Origin: Gammaproteobacteria bacterium
GTDB taxonomy: Bacteria > Pseudomonadota > Gammaproteobacteria > SZUA-229
Direction: 5' to 3'
Assembly (NCBI GenBank): GCA_029882395.1
Contig: JAOUKT010000009.1
Coordinates: forward strand, 7,178-71,177
Length of the DNA: 64,000 bases
The translations under genes and the position numbers were made by a program. Each line of letters begins with the position of its first letter. Position 1 is the first letter of the stretch. The notes under the pieces are model-generated. The model did not search any database. It was not told the DNA's origin and saw only the letters and a program-made list of their open reading frames with translations. Shown here in pieces: positions 40,450-50,687 of this stretch.

Positions 40450-40483
40450 CAATTATTTTTTGATTGGCGACTAACGACTTTTT
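40437..40483 (+). terminator. Terminator hairpin between convergent fkpA and yicC
   Basis: AGTCGTTAGTC-N21-GACTAACGACT is a perfect 11-bp stem followed by TTTT. Confidence 0.7.
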
Positions 40484-40488
40484 AACTA

Positions 40489-41355
40489 TTATTCAATATT
40501 TTGTACCTGTTCCCGCATCTGCTCGATCAACACTTTCAAATTCACAGCCGCTTTTGTGGTCTCCACATCAGCCGATTTTGAACCCAGTGTATTGGCTTCC
40601 CGGTTTAACTCCTGCATTAAAAAATCCAGTCTTCTGCCGATAACTTCGTCGCGCTGAAAGACCTGTTTTAATTCCAGCAAATGACTGTCGAGCCTGTCCA
40701 GTTCTTCATCAACGTCCATTTTTTGCGCAAGGCTCACCAGCTCCTGCTCAAAACGCTCCTGATCAGTATTTTGCAGCAAATCATGCAGCCGCTGACGCAG
40801 CTTGTTTTGTAATGCCATCACCACTGCAGGCCGCCGGTCTCTGACAGCTGCCACCAGCTGGCTGGATTTGTCGGCACGCTGTTGCACCATGTCCTGCAAA
40901 CGCCGGCCTTCTGCCTCGCGACTTTGCTGTAATTGCGCAAGGCAGGCTGACAGCGCTTTTAATACCATGGCCTCACTCTGGCTTAAATCCAGCGTGTTTT
41001 CTGCCACCACCCCCGGAAAGCTCAGGATATCCAGTGCATTTAAGGCTTTTCCCACGCCCATTTGCGCTTCGATTTGCTGGCATGATGCAATCACAGCACT
41101 GACTCTGTCGCTGTTCAGCGTGATCTGCTGTGCTTGCTCTGACAATGACAGATAGCGACACGTTGCCTGCAGCTTGCCACGGCCGATAGTTTGCTGAATC
41201 AACTCCCTTGCGGCCATCTCAACAGCGCTCAATGCTTCGGGGAGTCGCATACTGATGTCGAGGTATCGGTTGTTCAGGGATTTCAGCTCCCAGTGGATTT
41301 GATATTGACCACAAGTCGCCTCGGCACTCGCATACGCTGTCATACTTTTCACCAT
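40489..41355 (-). CDS. yicC: YicC-family stress-induced protein
   Basis: MVKSMTAYA... compares with E. coli MIRSMTAYA. The C-terminal motif EL.RE.NT..SK is present. It is divergent from rph, as in E. coli. Confidence 0.88.
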   Translation of the reverse strand: MVKSMTAYASAEATCGQYQIHWELKSLNNRYLDISMRLPEALSAVEMAARELIQQTIGRGKLQATCRYLSLSEQAQQITLNSDRVSAVIASCQQIEAQMGVGKALNALDILSFPGVVAENTLDLSQSEAMVLKALSACLAQLQQSREAEGRRLQDMVQQRADKSSQLVAAVRDRRPAVVMALQNKLRQRLHDLLQNTDQERFEQELVSLAQKMDVDEELDRLDSHLLELKQVFQRDEVIGRRLDFLMQELNREANTLGSKSADVETTKAAVNLKVLIEQMREQVQNIE

Positions 41356-41473
41356 AACCGCTCCCTGACACACACTTTAAGATAGATAACAAAGATTAAA
41401 CCGTTAATAATTTCTCAAGTCCAGTCAGGCTGATTTATAATGCAGGGCTATTTGATAATGAGTGGAGTCATTC

Positions 41474-42190
41474 ATGAGACCCAGTGGCCGTCAGCCCGAT
41501 GAAAAACGCCAGGTAAGCATTACTCGCAATTACACCAAGCACGCTGAAGGTTCTGTGCTGATCGAATTTGGCCATACCAGGGTTCTTTGCACGGCATCGG
41601 TAGAAGAAAGAGTGCCTGGTTTTTTACGCGGCAAAGGTCAGGGCTGGGTTACCGCGGAATACGGCATGTTACCCCGCTCAACAGGTTCTCGTATGGGGCG
41701 CGAAGCGGCACGTGGCAAACAAAGTGGCCGAACACAGGAAATCCAGCGCCTGATTGGCCGCTCGCTTCGCGCTGCAATTGACATGGAAGCCTTAGGCGAA
41801 CGCACGCTGACACTGGACTGTGATGTGATACAGGCTGATGGCGGCACGCGTACAGCTTCTATCACCGGCGCCTTTGTTGCACTAAATGATGCGATTGATA
41901 CTTTGCTCAGGAAAAAACTGATCAAAAAGAGCCCTCTTATAGGCATGGTCGCATCAGTTTCGGTGGGCATCTACAACGGCACACCGGTTCTTGACCTTGA
42001 TTATGACGAAGACTCCAGTGCAGAAACCGACATGAACGTGATCATGAATGATGCCGGTGCTTTCATCGAAGTACAAGGCACCGCCGAGGGTCACGCCTTC
42101 CACCGTAATGAGCTGAACCAGATGCTGGACCTGGCTCATAAAGGCATTACTGAATTATTCGATCTTCAACGCCAGGCTATGGAAGCATAA
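41474..42190 (+). CDS. rph: Ribonuclease PH
   Basis: [10 protein letters not shown]...[17 protein letters not shown]...[14 protein letters not shown]. Start is at ATG 41474. Confidence 0.95.
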   Translation: MRPSGRQPDEKRQVSITRNYTKHAEGSVLIEFGHTRVLCTASVEERVPGFLRGKGQGWVTAEYGMLPRSTGSRMGREAARGKQSGRTQEIQRLIGRSLRAAIDMEALGERTLTLDCDVIQADGGTRTASITGAFVALNDAIDTLLRKKLIKKSPLIGMVASVSVGIYNGTPVLDLDYDEDSSAETDMNVIMNDAGAFIEVQGTAEGHAFHRNELNQMLDLAHKGITELFDLQRQAMEA

Positions 42191-42192
42191 CA

Positions 42193-42792
42193 ATGGATAA
42201 AATCGTACTCGCCAGTAATAACGCCGGCAAGGTTCGTGAAATTAACGAATTGCTCAAAGCTTACGACATCAATGTTGTACCGCAAGGTGATTACGCTGTG
42301 GACAGTGTTGAAGAAACCGGCCTGACCTTCGTTGAAAACGCGATCATCAAAGCCCGTTATGCGGCGCTCAAAACGGGGCTGCCAGCCATCGCCGACGATT
42401 CGGGCATTGAAGTCGATGCACTGAATGGCGCGCCGGGTATTTATTCTGCACGTTTTTCTGGCGAAGGCGCGAGCGACAAAGACAACAACAAAAAGTTACT
42501 CGAGATGTTATCCGGCGTCGAAGAAGCCCGCCGTACTGCACGCTATCAGTGCGTCATGGTCTTTATGCGCCATGCCGCTGACCCGACACCCATCATCGCC
42601 AGTGGCCACTGGGAAGGCATCATTCTTAATGCACCGAAAGGCAGCAGCGGCTTTGGTTATGACCCTCTTTTTTATATTCCCACCCACCAGTGCTCAGCGG
42701 CTGAAATGAGCCCTGAGCTAAAAAACAAACTCAGCCATCGCTCAAAAGCGCTGATCAGCCTGCTGCATAAGTTACAGGAAATGGCCTTATAG
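42193..42792 (+). CDS. rdgB: Non-canonical purine NTP pyrophosphatase RdgB/HAM1
   Basis: 199 aa ORF with IVLASNNAGKVRE, DDSGIEVDALNGAPGIYSAR and GFGYDP.F motifs. Confidence 0.93.
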   Translation: MDKIVLASNNAGKVREINELLKAYDINVVPQGDYAVDSVEETGLTFVENAIIKARYAALKTGLPAIADDSGIEVDALNGAPGIYSARFSGEGASDKDNNKKLLEMLSGVEEARRTARYQCVMVFMRHAADPTPIIASGHWEGIILNAPKGSSGFGYDPLFYIPTHQCSAAEMSPELKNKLSHRSKALISLLHKLQEMAL

Positions 42793-43281
42793 ATGGCTGT
42801 CCTGCGTTTCGCCGAGGTTGATCAAGACGCCCTTGCTCAGCTGTTAGCTCGCTACAACCTGCAAGTCATTACTAGCGATGACAGCACAGACATCCCCGGT
42901 AGCTTCTGGGGCGACGAAGAAGCCGGTTTGATCGATAACCGGCTCTATTGCCGAAATGATACGCCGCTGCATTCAGCTTTACATGAAGCCTGCCATTACA
43001 TCTGTATGGATCAAAGCCGCCGCAAAGGCCTTCATACCGACGCCGGTGGCGATTTTGATGAAGAAAACGGCGTCTGCTATTTACAGATTCTGCTGTCAGA
43101 GCACTTGAAAGACATGGGCAAACACAGAATGTTCAGCGATATGGACGAATGGGGCTATTCATTCCGTCTCGGCTCAGCCCAGCGCTGGTTTGAAGAGGAT
43201 GCAGAAGATGCGAGAGACTGGCTAATCCAACACAATCTCATTGATCAACACCAGCTGCCGAGCTGGCAAAACCGCATCTGA
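42793..43281 (+). CDS. Hypothetical 162-aa protein with an HExxH motif
   Basis: The ATG directly abuts the rdgB TAG. Codon usage matches the neighbours. The motif ALHEACHY is present. I recognise no family. Confidence 0.6.
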   Translation: MAVLRFAEVDQDALAQLLARYNLQVITSDDSTDIPGSFWGDEEAGLIDNRLYCRNDTPLHSALHEACHYICMDQSRRKGLHTDAGGDFDEENGVCYLQILLSEHLKDMGKHRMFSDMDEWGYSFRLGSAQRWFEEDAEDARDWLIQHNLIDQHQLPSWQNRI

Positions 43282-43395
43282 GAAAATAGCTGCTACACTT
43301 ATTTGGATTGATTCTGAATAACTGGAAGCTATGACAGTGCTATATTTAAAGCTTGATAAATTGACCTTGCCGGCACTGAATTAGAGTGGCGGCAT

Positions 43396-46242
43396 ATGGA
43401 TTTTCTTTCTAAGCTTGATTCAGCTTTATTATTAAACTCGCTCTCTGAGCCTTTCATCATCATTGATCTGAAAGGCAAAATAAAATTTTGCAATAGTGCC
43501 TGTGAAGAAATGTTTGGTTACACGACAGATGAACTGCTGGATCAGTCCATTAACACACTGATGCTTGAACAGGATGCCAAACAACACGATTCCTTTTTAA
43601 AAAAATACAATACCAGCGCCGAATCGAAGATTATCGGCTCCACCTCAGAAAGAGCACTGACCGGAAAAAAAAGAGACGGCAGTATTTTCCCGGTTGACAT
43701 CAAAATCACGTCATTCAAACATCAGCATAACGATTACGTTATCGGTGTTATTCGTGACCTGACAGAATTAATCGGCACAAATAACCGGCTAAACCATGTG
43801 CTCACCAGCACCGATACCGTTCTTTATACCCTGCAGCTACACAATGATCAGCTATCAACCTTGTGGACCAGTGAAAATGTACTGCAGCAAACCGGTTACA
43901 CGCTTGACGAGGCGTTAACGCCAGGCTGGTGGATGCAGAATCTTCATCCAGAAGACAGCGCGCAAGCTACCGAAAATTTTGATTTGTTTTTGCAAACAGG
44001 AAAGCTTGAACACGAATACCGTTTTAAAACCAAAAACAAAGGTTATATCTGGATTCAGGATAAACTCAAACTGATTCGCAATTCAGATCCGCAGCTGATA
44101 CACGGCAGCTGGAATGACATTAGTGAACGGAAACAACTGCTATCAAACTTAATTAAAAGCGAAGACAGACTGGCCAAAAGTCAGGTCTTTGCCAATATCG
44201 GTACCTGGGACTGGAACATACAAACCGGTGAATTATACTGGTCTGAAATGATAGCGCCTTTATTCGGTTATAAAGAATCCACGCTTGAATCCAGTTATGC
44301 AAACTTTGTCAACGCTATTCACCCTGATGACAAAGACATGGTGCTTTCTGCCATGACTAATTGCATAGAAAACTCCAGCCAATACGACGTTGAACACAGA
44401 ATCATCTGGCCTGATGGAACGGTACGCTGGATACACGAAAAAGGCGATGTAGTGCGCAATGAAAATGACCAGCCGTTTCATATGCTGGGTGTCGTCACCG
44501 ACATTCACGAACGCAAAACGCTGCAACTTCAACAGGAGCTCAATCAGAAGCTGTTAAACACCTTACATGAGGCATTAACCTGTTTCACATTAAAGTCCGA
44601 TCACAGAGCCTCATCTGAAATCCTTCTCGATGGCCTGCTGGCTTTCACCGACAGCGAGTATGGCTTTATCGGCGAGATCAAATACCGCGAAAACAACGCG
44701 CCATATCTTAAAACCGATGCCATCACCGATATTTCGTGGAACGAGCCTACACGCGAGCTTTATGACAGCTGGGCTGAAAAGGGCTTTGAGTTTAGCAACA
44801 TGGACACCTTATTCGGCCATGTCATCACCTCTGGTGATGTCGTTGTCAGCAACTCACCCGCGACTGACCCAAGAGCCAAAGGGCTGCCACCTGGACACCC
44901 TGATATGAACAGTTTTCTGGGCATGCCTGTTTATTATGGTGACAAACTGATTGGCATGTATGGCCTGGCTAACAGGCCACAAGGCTATGAACAATATATC
45001 ATCGATTCACTTAAGCTTTTTTCATCAACCTATGCCTCTATTGTTCAGGCCAAAAACGATCTGCAACAGAAAAAACAATCGCGGGCCGACCTTGTTCAGG
45101 CCAAGGAAGACGCCGAATCTGCTAATAAAGCCAAATCCATTTTTCTTTCCAGCATGAGCCATGAATTACGAACCCCGCTCAATGCTATTTCCGGTTTCTC
45201 GCAATTATTAAATTTAGAAGAAAACCTGAGTGATGAAGCCAGAGAAAACATCAAAGACATTGCCCTGGCCGGAAAGCACCTGCTGGCACTCATCAATGAT
45301 GTGCTTGATCTGGCAAAAATTGAATCCGGCAGAAGCGAAGTCTCAATCGAGCCAATTTCTATTTGTGATTTATTTTCTGCCTGCGAGTCACTTATTGCGC
45401 CACTTGCTGAAGAATTTCAGGTGACTGTCAATTTTACAAAAAACTGTTATACAGATTCTTTTATACAGGCTGATTTCACCAAGCTCAAACAAGTACTTAT
45501 TAATCTGATATCCAATGCTATTAAATACAATGATATCAATGGCCACGTTGAAATCAGTTGCAGTCCCATAACAAACAATGCGCTAACGGTTTCCATTAAA
45601 GACAACGGCAGCGGCATAGCCGAGAGCGATATAGCCAGCCTGTTTGAACCTTTTAACCGTCTCGGCGCGGAAAGCAACTCGTCTATTGAAGGTACCGGTA
45701 TCGGCCTTACCATCACCAGAAAACTGCTCATGCAGATGCACGGCAGTATCGAGGTTAACAGCACCCTTGGTCAGGGTTCTGAATTTAGCTTCACCCTGCC
45801 CGCCGCTAAACAGCAGTCTGTAAAGAATACCCGTACTGAAGAGCCGGTCACAACCAAAAATACCCAGCAGCAAGGCAAAAAAGTTTATTACATTGAAGAC
45901 AACCTTGTTAATCTGCGCATGGTTAAACAGCTCATCAATAAATGGACTGAGTTAGAATTTATCGGCTCTGCCGATCCGCTATTTGGCATCGAAGAAATCA
46001 AAAGCTGTTCACCGGATATTATTTTATTGGATATCAACTTACCAAAAATGAACGGTTATCAGGTTTTGCAACACCTGAAAGACAATAACATTTGCCCTGC
46101 TGCACCGGTTTTTGCCGTCACGGCCAATGCCATGGAAAAAGATGTTATAAAAATCAAAGCAGCCGGTTTTGATGAATACATCAGCAAACCCATCAATATT
46201 GAACAGCTGTTAGAAAAACTTAATTCAGCCATCGACAAATAA
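43396..46242 (+). CDS. Hybrid sensor histidine kinase (3 PAS, GAF, HisKA, HATPase, REC)
   Basis: 948 aa ORF with H-box SHELRTPLNAI, NLISNAIKY, DNGSGI, GTGIGL and a receiver (DIILLDINLPKMNG ... SKP). Confidence 0.9.
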   Translation: MDFLSKLDSALLLNSLSEPFIIIDLKGKIKFCNSACEEMFGYTTDELLDQSINTLMLEQDAKQHDSFLKKYNTSAESKIIGSTSERALTGKKRDGSIFPVDIKITSFKHQHNDYVIGVIRDLTELIGTNNRLNHVLTSTDTVLYTLQLHNDQLSTLWTSENVLQQTGYTLDEALTPGWWMQNLHPEDSAQATENFDLFLQTGKLEHEYRFKTKNKGYIWIQDKLKLIRNSDPQLIHGSWNDISERKQLLSNLIKSEDRLAKSQVFANIGTWDWNIQTGELYWSEMIAPLFGYKESTLESSYANFVNAIHPDDKDMVLSAMTNCIENSSQYDVEHRIIWPDGTVRWIHEKGDVVRNENDQPFHMLGVVTDIHERKTLQLQQELNQKLLNTLHEALTCFTLKSDHRASSEILLDGLLAFTDSEYGFIGEIKYRENNAPYLKTDAITDISWNEPTRELYDSWAEKGFEFSNMDTLFGHVITSGDVVVSNSPATDPRAKGLPPGHPDMNSFLGMPVYYGDKLIGMYGLANRPQGYEQYIIDSLKLFSSTYASIVQAKNDLQQKKQSRADLVQAKEDAESANKAKSIFLSSMSHELRTPLNAISGFSQLLNLEENLSDEARENIKDIALAGKHLLALINDVLDLAKIESGRSEVSIEPISICDLFSACESLIAPLAEEFQVTVNFTKNCYTDSFIQADFTKLKQVLINLISNAIKYNDINGHVEISCSPITNNALTVSIKDNGSGIAESDIASLFEPFNRLGAESNSSIEGTGIGLTITRKLLMQMHGSIEVNSTLGQGSEFSFTLPAAKQQSVKNTRTEEPVTTKNTQQQGKKVYYIEDNLVNLRMVKQLINKWTELEFIGSADPLFGIEEIKSCSPDIILLDINLPKMNGYQVLQHLKDNNICPAAPVFAVTANAMEKDVIKIKAAGFDEYISKPINIEQLLEKLNSAIDK

Positions 46243-46268
46243 AAAAGCCCCGCTTTGCGGGGCTTTTT
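46241..46268. terminator. Bidirectional terminator between the convergent hybrid kinase and lipase genes
   Basis: AAAAAAGCCCCGC-ttt-GCGGGGCTTTTT. Confidence 0.85.
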
Positions 46269-46290
46269 ATTTTAAGATTATTTAAACCAA

Positions 46291-48639
46291 TTAAGGCGCC
46301 GCGGGCACTGTCGCGATTACATCGGCTGCCTCGGCAGTGTGACTCAGTACAGCGCCATTGCTGGCAATGAACGACGCCATCTCTGTCTGCATTTCAGCAT
46401 AGGCTTTGTATTCAGTAGTGGTCGGATCAACGTTTACCGTGCCATCGGCAAGGTAAGGCGTCAATACAGAACCATGATGCCCGCCACTGAACTTGACGAC
46501 AGTATCCGTATTAGCCGCATAAGTATTACTGGTATCTATTTGCGTTAATGACATCTGCCTTACCAGAGGGTCAGTCCCGGAAAGCGGCGCATCGACCGTG
46601 CCTGAAACACTCAGCACATTATTTGGAATGACCTGATCCGGCAGGTTACTGACGCCATCACCCACTACTTCAAATAATAATACATCACGGTTTGCAGCGG
46701 TTGCCGTTGTATAGTTAACCGGATCAGCTGAGTCCAGTGCCATTTGTGTTGAAGCCAGGAAAGACTCATATTGAGCAAAACCTTTATTGACACCGTTTAC
46801 ACCAAGCCCGGCTGAAATAACTGAGCCGAACGTGGCTGAACCATCCAGTAGTTTTGCAATGCCGCCACCGGGCATTGCTAATACCGACGATTTAACAGAT
46901 GTTTCTATCGCCAGAAACACGCCGCCAACGATGCCGCCAAGGGAATGGCCAACAAAATGCACATTGTTAACATCAAATACACCACCGGCTGTCGCACCGT
47001 TATAATCCATACCGATCAACGCACGTTTTAATGAAAACAAATCGGCCACGGCTTGTCTGACATTATCACGCGAAGTTAAAATGCTTTGTAAGTTAATGAA
47101 ATGCGCGCCGGAACTATCCAGTGCTCCATCACCATCGGCATCTGTCGTACTCAACGTCGCATCAAAAATATCCAGATCAAATGTTCGCTCTTTAACCGTT
47201 GCGGTTCCGCCATGAATCGAAGCGCTAAAGCCTGCAGTTGCCGCTTTAAGAGCACCGATCTGGTCTTCATCACCCAGCAGTCCATGCAATGGCAAATCGA
47301 TGGCAACCGCCGCATAACCTACATTTGCCAGTGCATCGGCTATGCCCAGCATCGTGCCACGACTGGTGGTGATGCCATGCTGGTAGATAACCACTGGCCA
47401 GCCTGCACCCGGTTCCGTGCCATTTGGAATTGAAATTAATAAGGGCACGGTTACCGCTGTTGATGTAGCAGGGTCTACCGCTGTATTGAGCTTGGTTAAG
47501 GGTGTGTCTGTCGCTCCGCGCCAGGAACCGGTTAAGACTGCGCTGTCATTCGCATTGGCCGGAACATTCAGGTAATACGGCAAGGTTATCTCACCCACAT
47601 AAATCTCTGAACCAACCATGCCGGGCATACCTGTTTGTGGTGAGCTGCTAGCACTGGTGCTATAAATCGCCGAAACTGGTACCGGGTCGGTTTGAATTTT
47701 TGTATGTAACGCGGTTAACACATCACCGACTGACTGGGTGGTGAAGGTCCAGCTCATCACAATATCACTGGCTACAAGATCTGTTGAATCATAATTGCTA
47801 TCGGCGATATCAGCCGTTACCGTATAGGTTTCGATGGCCGTTTCGGCCGCGTTTGTTAACTGACGCAAACCTTCCAGACTGGTAACTGATGCGACCACAG
47901 CTGCCTCTTCAGCTGCATCAAGTGAACCATTGCCATCTGTATCGGCTCCCGATAACAAACCACTAAATTGAATATCTGCCACAGTAGCGCCGGTAATTAA
48001 CGGGTCTGCGCTTTTCGCAAAAGCATAAACCGCATCGGCTGTTGCATTATTGCCCTGTAAATCTGTAATGCCCTTTGTTACAGCCACCAGATAACTGCTT
48101 TTAGCGGCCAGTGGTTTTAACGGTGAGATCACCAGCTTGTTGGCACCCAGATCTACCGTATCACAGGCAGCATCTGCAATTTCATTGTCAACCGATGAAA
48201 CACTAACGGCAAACTCAGCAGTCGTTAGCTCTCCGGTGATGGCCGTCACGGCACCCGAGCCATTTAATGTCACGGTAAACACCCTGACATTATTAGCCGC
48301 AACCAGTGACGCGCTATTGATAGCCGATGAAAACGATGTTGTGATCGGTGCTGTGGTTGAAAAACCATCAAGATCATTTAATGCCGTCTTGACCGCAATT
48401 TCTCCGGCATTTGGACAGATCGTGGTATCAAGAGCTGGTAGCGGGATTTCCAAGGTGCCATCAGCCGAGCCCTGAAATAATAAGTTATTCGGAAACGGAA
48501 TAATGCCATCCGATGGACTAAATTTTGCAAAAAAACCGGATTCATTAATCGAATCTTGTGTGGTGGTATTCGGCGTTTCTTCGCAGGCTATCAGCGTTGC
48601 CGAAATGACGGCTGTTATCAGTAAACGTAAAGCGTTCAT
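46291..48639 (-). CDS. Surface lipoprotein lipase, VolA/Pla-1-like (alpha/beta hydrolase with Ig-like N-terminal region)
   Basis: Lipobox ATLIAC, nucleophile elbow FVGHSLGG, ~780 aa. It lies immediately downstream of fadL, the arrangement described for Vibrio cholerae volA. Confidence 0.7.
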   Translation of the reverse strand: MNALRLLITAVISATLIACEETPNTTTQDSINESGFFAKFSPSDGIIPFPNNLLFQGSADGTLEIPLPALDTTICPNAGEIAVKTALNDLDGFSTTAPITTSFSSAINSASLVAANNVRVFTVTLNGSGAVTAITGELTTAEFAVSVSSVDNEIADAACDTVDLGANKLVISPLKPLAAKSSYLVAVTKGITDLQGNNATADAVYAFAKSADPLITGATVADIQFSGLLSGADTDGNGSLDAAEEAAVVASVTSLEGLRQLTNAAETAIETYTVTADIADSNYDSTDLVASDIVMSWTFTTQSVGDVLTALHTKIQTDPVPVSAIYSTSASSSPQTGMPGMVGSEIYVGEITLPYYLNVPANANDSAVLTGSWRGATDTPLTKLNTAVDPATSTAVTVPLLISIPNGTEPGAGWPVVIYQHGITTSRGTMLGIADALANVGYAAVAIDLPLHGLLGDEDQIGALKAATAGFSASIHGGTATVKERTFDLDIFDATLSTTDADGDGALDSSGAHFINLQSILTSRDNVRQAVADLFSLKRALIGMDYNGATAGGVFDVNNVHFVGHSLGGIVGGVFLAIETSVKSSVLAMPGGGIAKLLDGSATFGSVISAGLGVNGVNKGFAQYESFLASTQMALDSADPVNYTTATAANRDVLLFEVVGDGVSNLPDQVIPNNVLSVSGTVDAPLSGTDPLVRQMSLTQIDTSNTYAANTDTVVKFSGGHHGSVLTPYLADGTVNVDPTTTEYKAYAEMQTEMASFIASNGAVLSHTAEAADVIATVPAAP

Positions 48640-48709
48640 GTTGTTCTCCTGAAATCTTTTTTAATCAACACATGGTGCATAAAATAAAAGTGTTTTTGAT
48701 TTTATCTGT

Positions 48710-50113
48710 TTAGTATTTCCAGCTGACCTGGGCGCTGATAATATCAACGCTGGCCTCATAGTTACCGGTTAAGGTATGTTCGAGTACCGGCGCTGCCGCT
48801 GATGCTTCAAATGTATTGTTAATGGCCGTGTCATCGACAATTAAATGCGCGTAGGCAAAACTGAAACTTCTTTCACTGTCCGCCTGATGCGTAACACCAA
48901 AACTTATCCAGGTGCGATCATTGCCGGGAATTCTTGGCGTGCGTCGTTCAGCTGATGGAATCGGCGTTTCATCTAAGGCAACACCAAAACGATAGAGCCA
49001 GTCATCAGATGCCTGATAATTCACACCGATTGAAAAACGGGCTGCGTCCTGCCACTCTTCTGTTGTCACCGAAGGCGCTTGTGCAGCATAACCGTCTGTC
49101 GAATCGGCATCATCATAAACCACGCGCAGCTCATCGAAGGCGCTCCATGAGGTCAGGCTGTAATCCACCATAATGGCGACGCTGTCATTAATATTTTGAA
49201 AATAACTAATCGAAGTTGTCGCCGGTACCGTAACAGCCGCCGTTAACGTTGTATCGAGAAAATTACCCGTATTTTCGGTTATGAAACTTAACTCGCCCGG
49301 CACGCTGAAGTCTGCCTTGCCGTCAACCTCGTGATCGATACCGGAGCGGTATGAAAAGCCAACCCGTACGTCTTTTGAGACTTCGTATAACACACCCAGG
49401 TTATAACCATAACCCCAGCCGCTGGCACTTAAATCAGCAAAACCATCGCTGCCCTGAGGCGTCGCACCTATCGATGCACAATAGCCTGATGGAAAAGTCG
49501 TACCTTCCTGCGCCAGACATAAAGTACCTAAATCAATCGCACTGGTCAGCTCAACATGAATATACTGCGCATTAATACCAAAACCAAGCGACACAGCGCC
49601 CATTTTATAAGCAATGCTGGGATTAAGATTAAGCGACATCACATCAGATTTTACCGCATGGTAACGCCCTACCCAGTCATCGTCGTAATTTGTACCCAGA
49701 CCAAACGGCACGTTAACACCAAAGCCCATTTTCAAGTCTTTGTTGATTTCATTAACCCAGTAAAAGTTAGGCACCAATGCATTCTGGCCACCATCAGCTG
49801 TACGGTTGGTATTGGTTGGGTCAAGTTGTCCGCTGCCCATCAAGGCAGCAGTTGTTGAGCCATCATCTGTAAATTCAGCATTGGGCACGATCACATGAGC
49901 GGCAGCTAACATTTCATTATCTAAGCGCATCATGCCGGCCGGGTTAAACCAGATGGTTGATGCATCCTCTGCACTGGCGGCTCCTCCGGCAAACGAGTTA
50001 CCCATTCCGCTGGCACTGTTTTCTATAATGGCAAAGCCTGCTGCATTTGAATGGCTCGAAACCAGCAGCAAGGCTGCTGTTGTAACCATGGCTAATATTT
50101 GTTTTATTTTCAT
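48710..50113 (-). CDS. fadL: Outer-membrane long-chain fatty acid / hydrophobic compound transporter (FadL/TodX family)
   Basis: 467 aa ORF with a signal peptide and the N-terminal hatch AGFAIIENSASGMGNSFAGGAA typical of FadL. Confidence 0.88.
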   Translation of the reverse strand: MKIKQILAMVTTAALLLVSSHSNAAGFAIIENSASGMGNSFAGGAASAEDASTIWFNPAGMMRLDNEMLAAAHVIVPNAEFTDDGSTTAALMGSGQLDPTNTNRTADGGQNALVPNFYWVNEINKDLKMGFGVNVPFGLGTNYDDDWVGRYHAVKSDVMSLNLNPSIAYKMGAVSLGFGINAQYIHVELTSAIDLGTLCLAQEGTTFPSGYCASIGATPQGSDGFADLSASGWGYGYNLGVLYEVSKDVRVGFSYRSGIDHEVDGKADFSVPGELSFITENTGNFLDTTLTAAVTVPATTSISYFQNINDSVAIMVDYSLTSWSAFDELRVVYDDADSTDGYAAQAPSVTTEEWQDAARFSIGVNYQASDDWLYRFGVALDETPIPSAERRTPRIPGNDRTWISFGVTHQADSERSFSFAYAHLIVDDTAINNTFEASAAAPVLEHTLTGNYEASVDIISAQVSWKY

Positions 50114-50187
50114 CCTCTCACCTCTTGTTTTTACGTTACTTCCTGCAACACATTTTTATTTGGTAATGTTAGATTATAAATTTTTAT

Positions 50188-50215
50188 TTTTTTCTTTTTT
50201 CTTTTTTCTTTTTTC
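50188..50215. repeat. Heptanucleotide tandem repeat (TTTTTTC)x4, i.e. (GAAAAAA)x4 on the transcribed strand
   Basis: Counted directly. It is embedded in a ~95-nt almost pure pyrimidine tract (50181-50275) between the thioesterase stop and the fadL start. Confidence 0.9.
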
Positions 50216-50250
50216 TGATTCTCTATTTTTCTATTCTTATAACTTCTGCT

Positions 50251-50655
50251 TTATTTCTCGGTTTCTATTTTTCTTGGTCGCCCGTGTTCATCAATCGCAA
50301 CATAAACCAGATTGGCCTCGGTCACATGGATACATTGCACCACGCCTTGCCGGCTTCGCTCTGCGTAAACATCGACCTTGATACTAACTGAAGTTCTGCC
50401 CGTTGAGACCACATCGGCATAACAACTCAGCAAGTCACCAATTAAAACCGGTTTTTTAAATTCAAATGAATCTACCGCTCGTGTCACCACATAACCTTTG
50501 GCATGCAAGCTTGCCGGAATGCTACCGGCCACATCCACTTGTGACATAATCCAGCCACCAAAAATGCTGCCCCCCTGATTGGCATCTGATGGCATGCAGG
50601 GCACGCGTAAAACGGGGATTTTGCCTTCGGGCAATATGCTTTTCGTTGTCACCAT
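50251..50655 (-). CDS. yciA: Acyl-CoA thioesterase, YciA-like hotdog fold
   Basis: MPSDANQGGSIFGGWIMSQVDVAG...TSVSIKVDVY... closely parallels E. coli YciA as I recall it. Confidence 0.88.
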   Translation of the reverse strand: MVTTKSILPEGKIPVLRVPCMPSDANQGGSIFGGWIMSQVDVAGSIPASLHAKGYVVTRAVDSFEFKKPVLIGDLLSCYADVVSTGRTSVSIKVDVYAERSRQGVVQCIHVTEANLVYVAIDEHGRPRKIETEK

Positions 50656-50687
50656 TTTATCTTAACGGGAGCCAGATCTAAGGCTCA

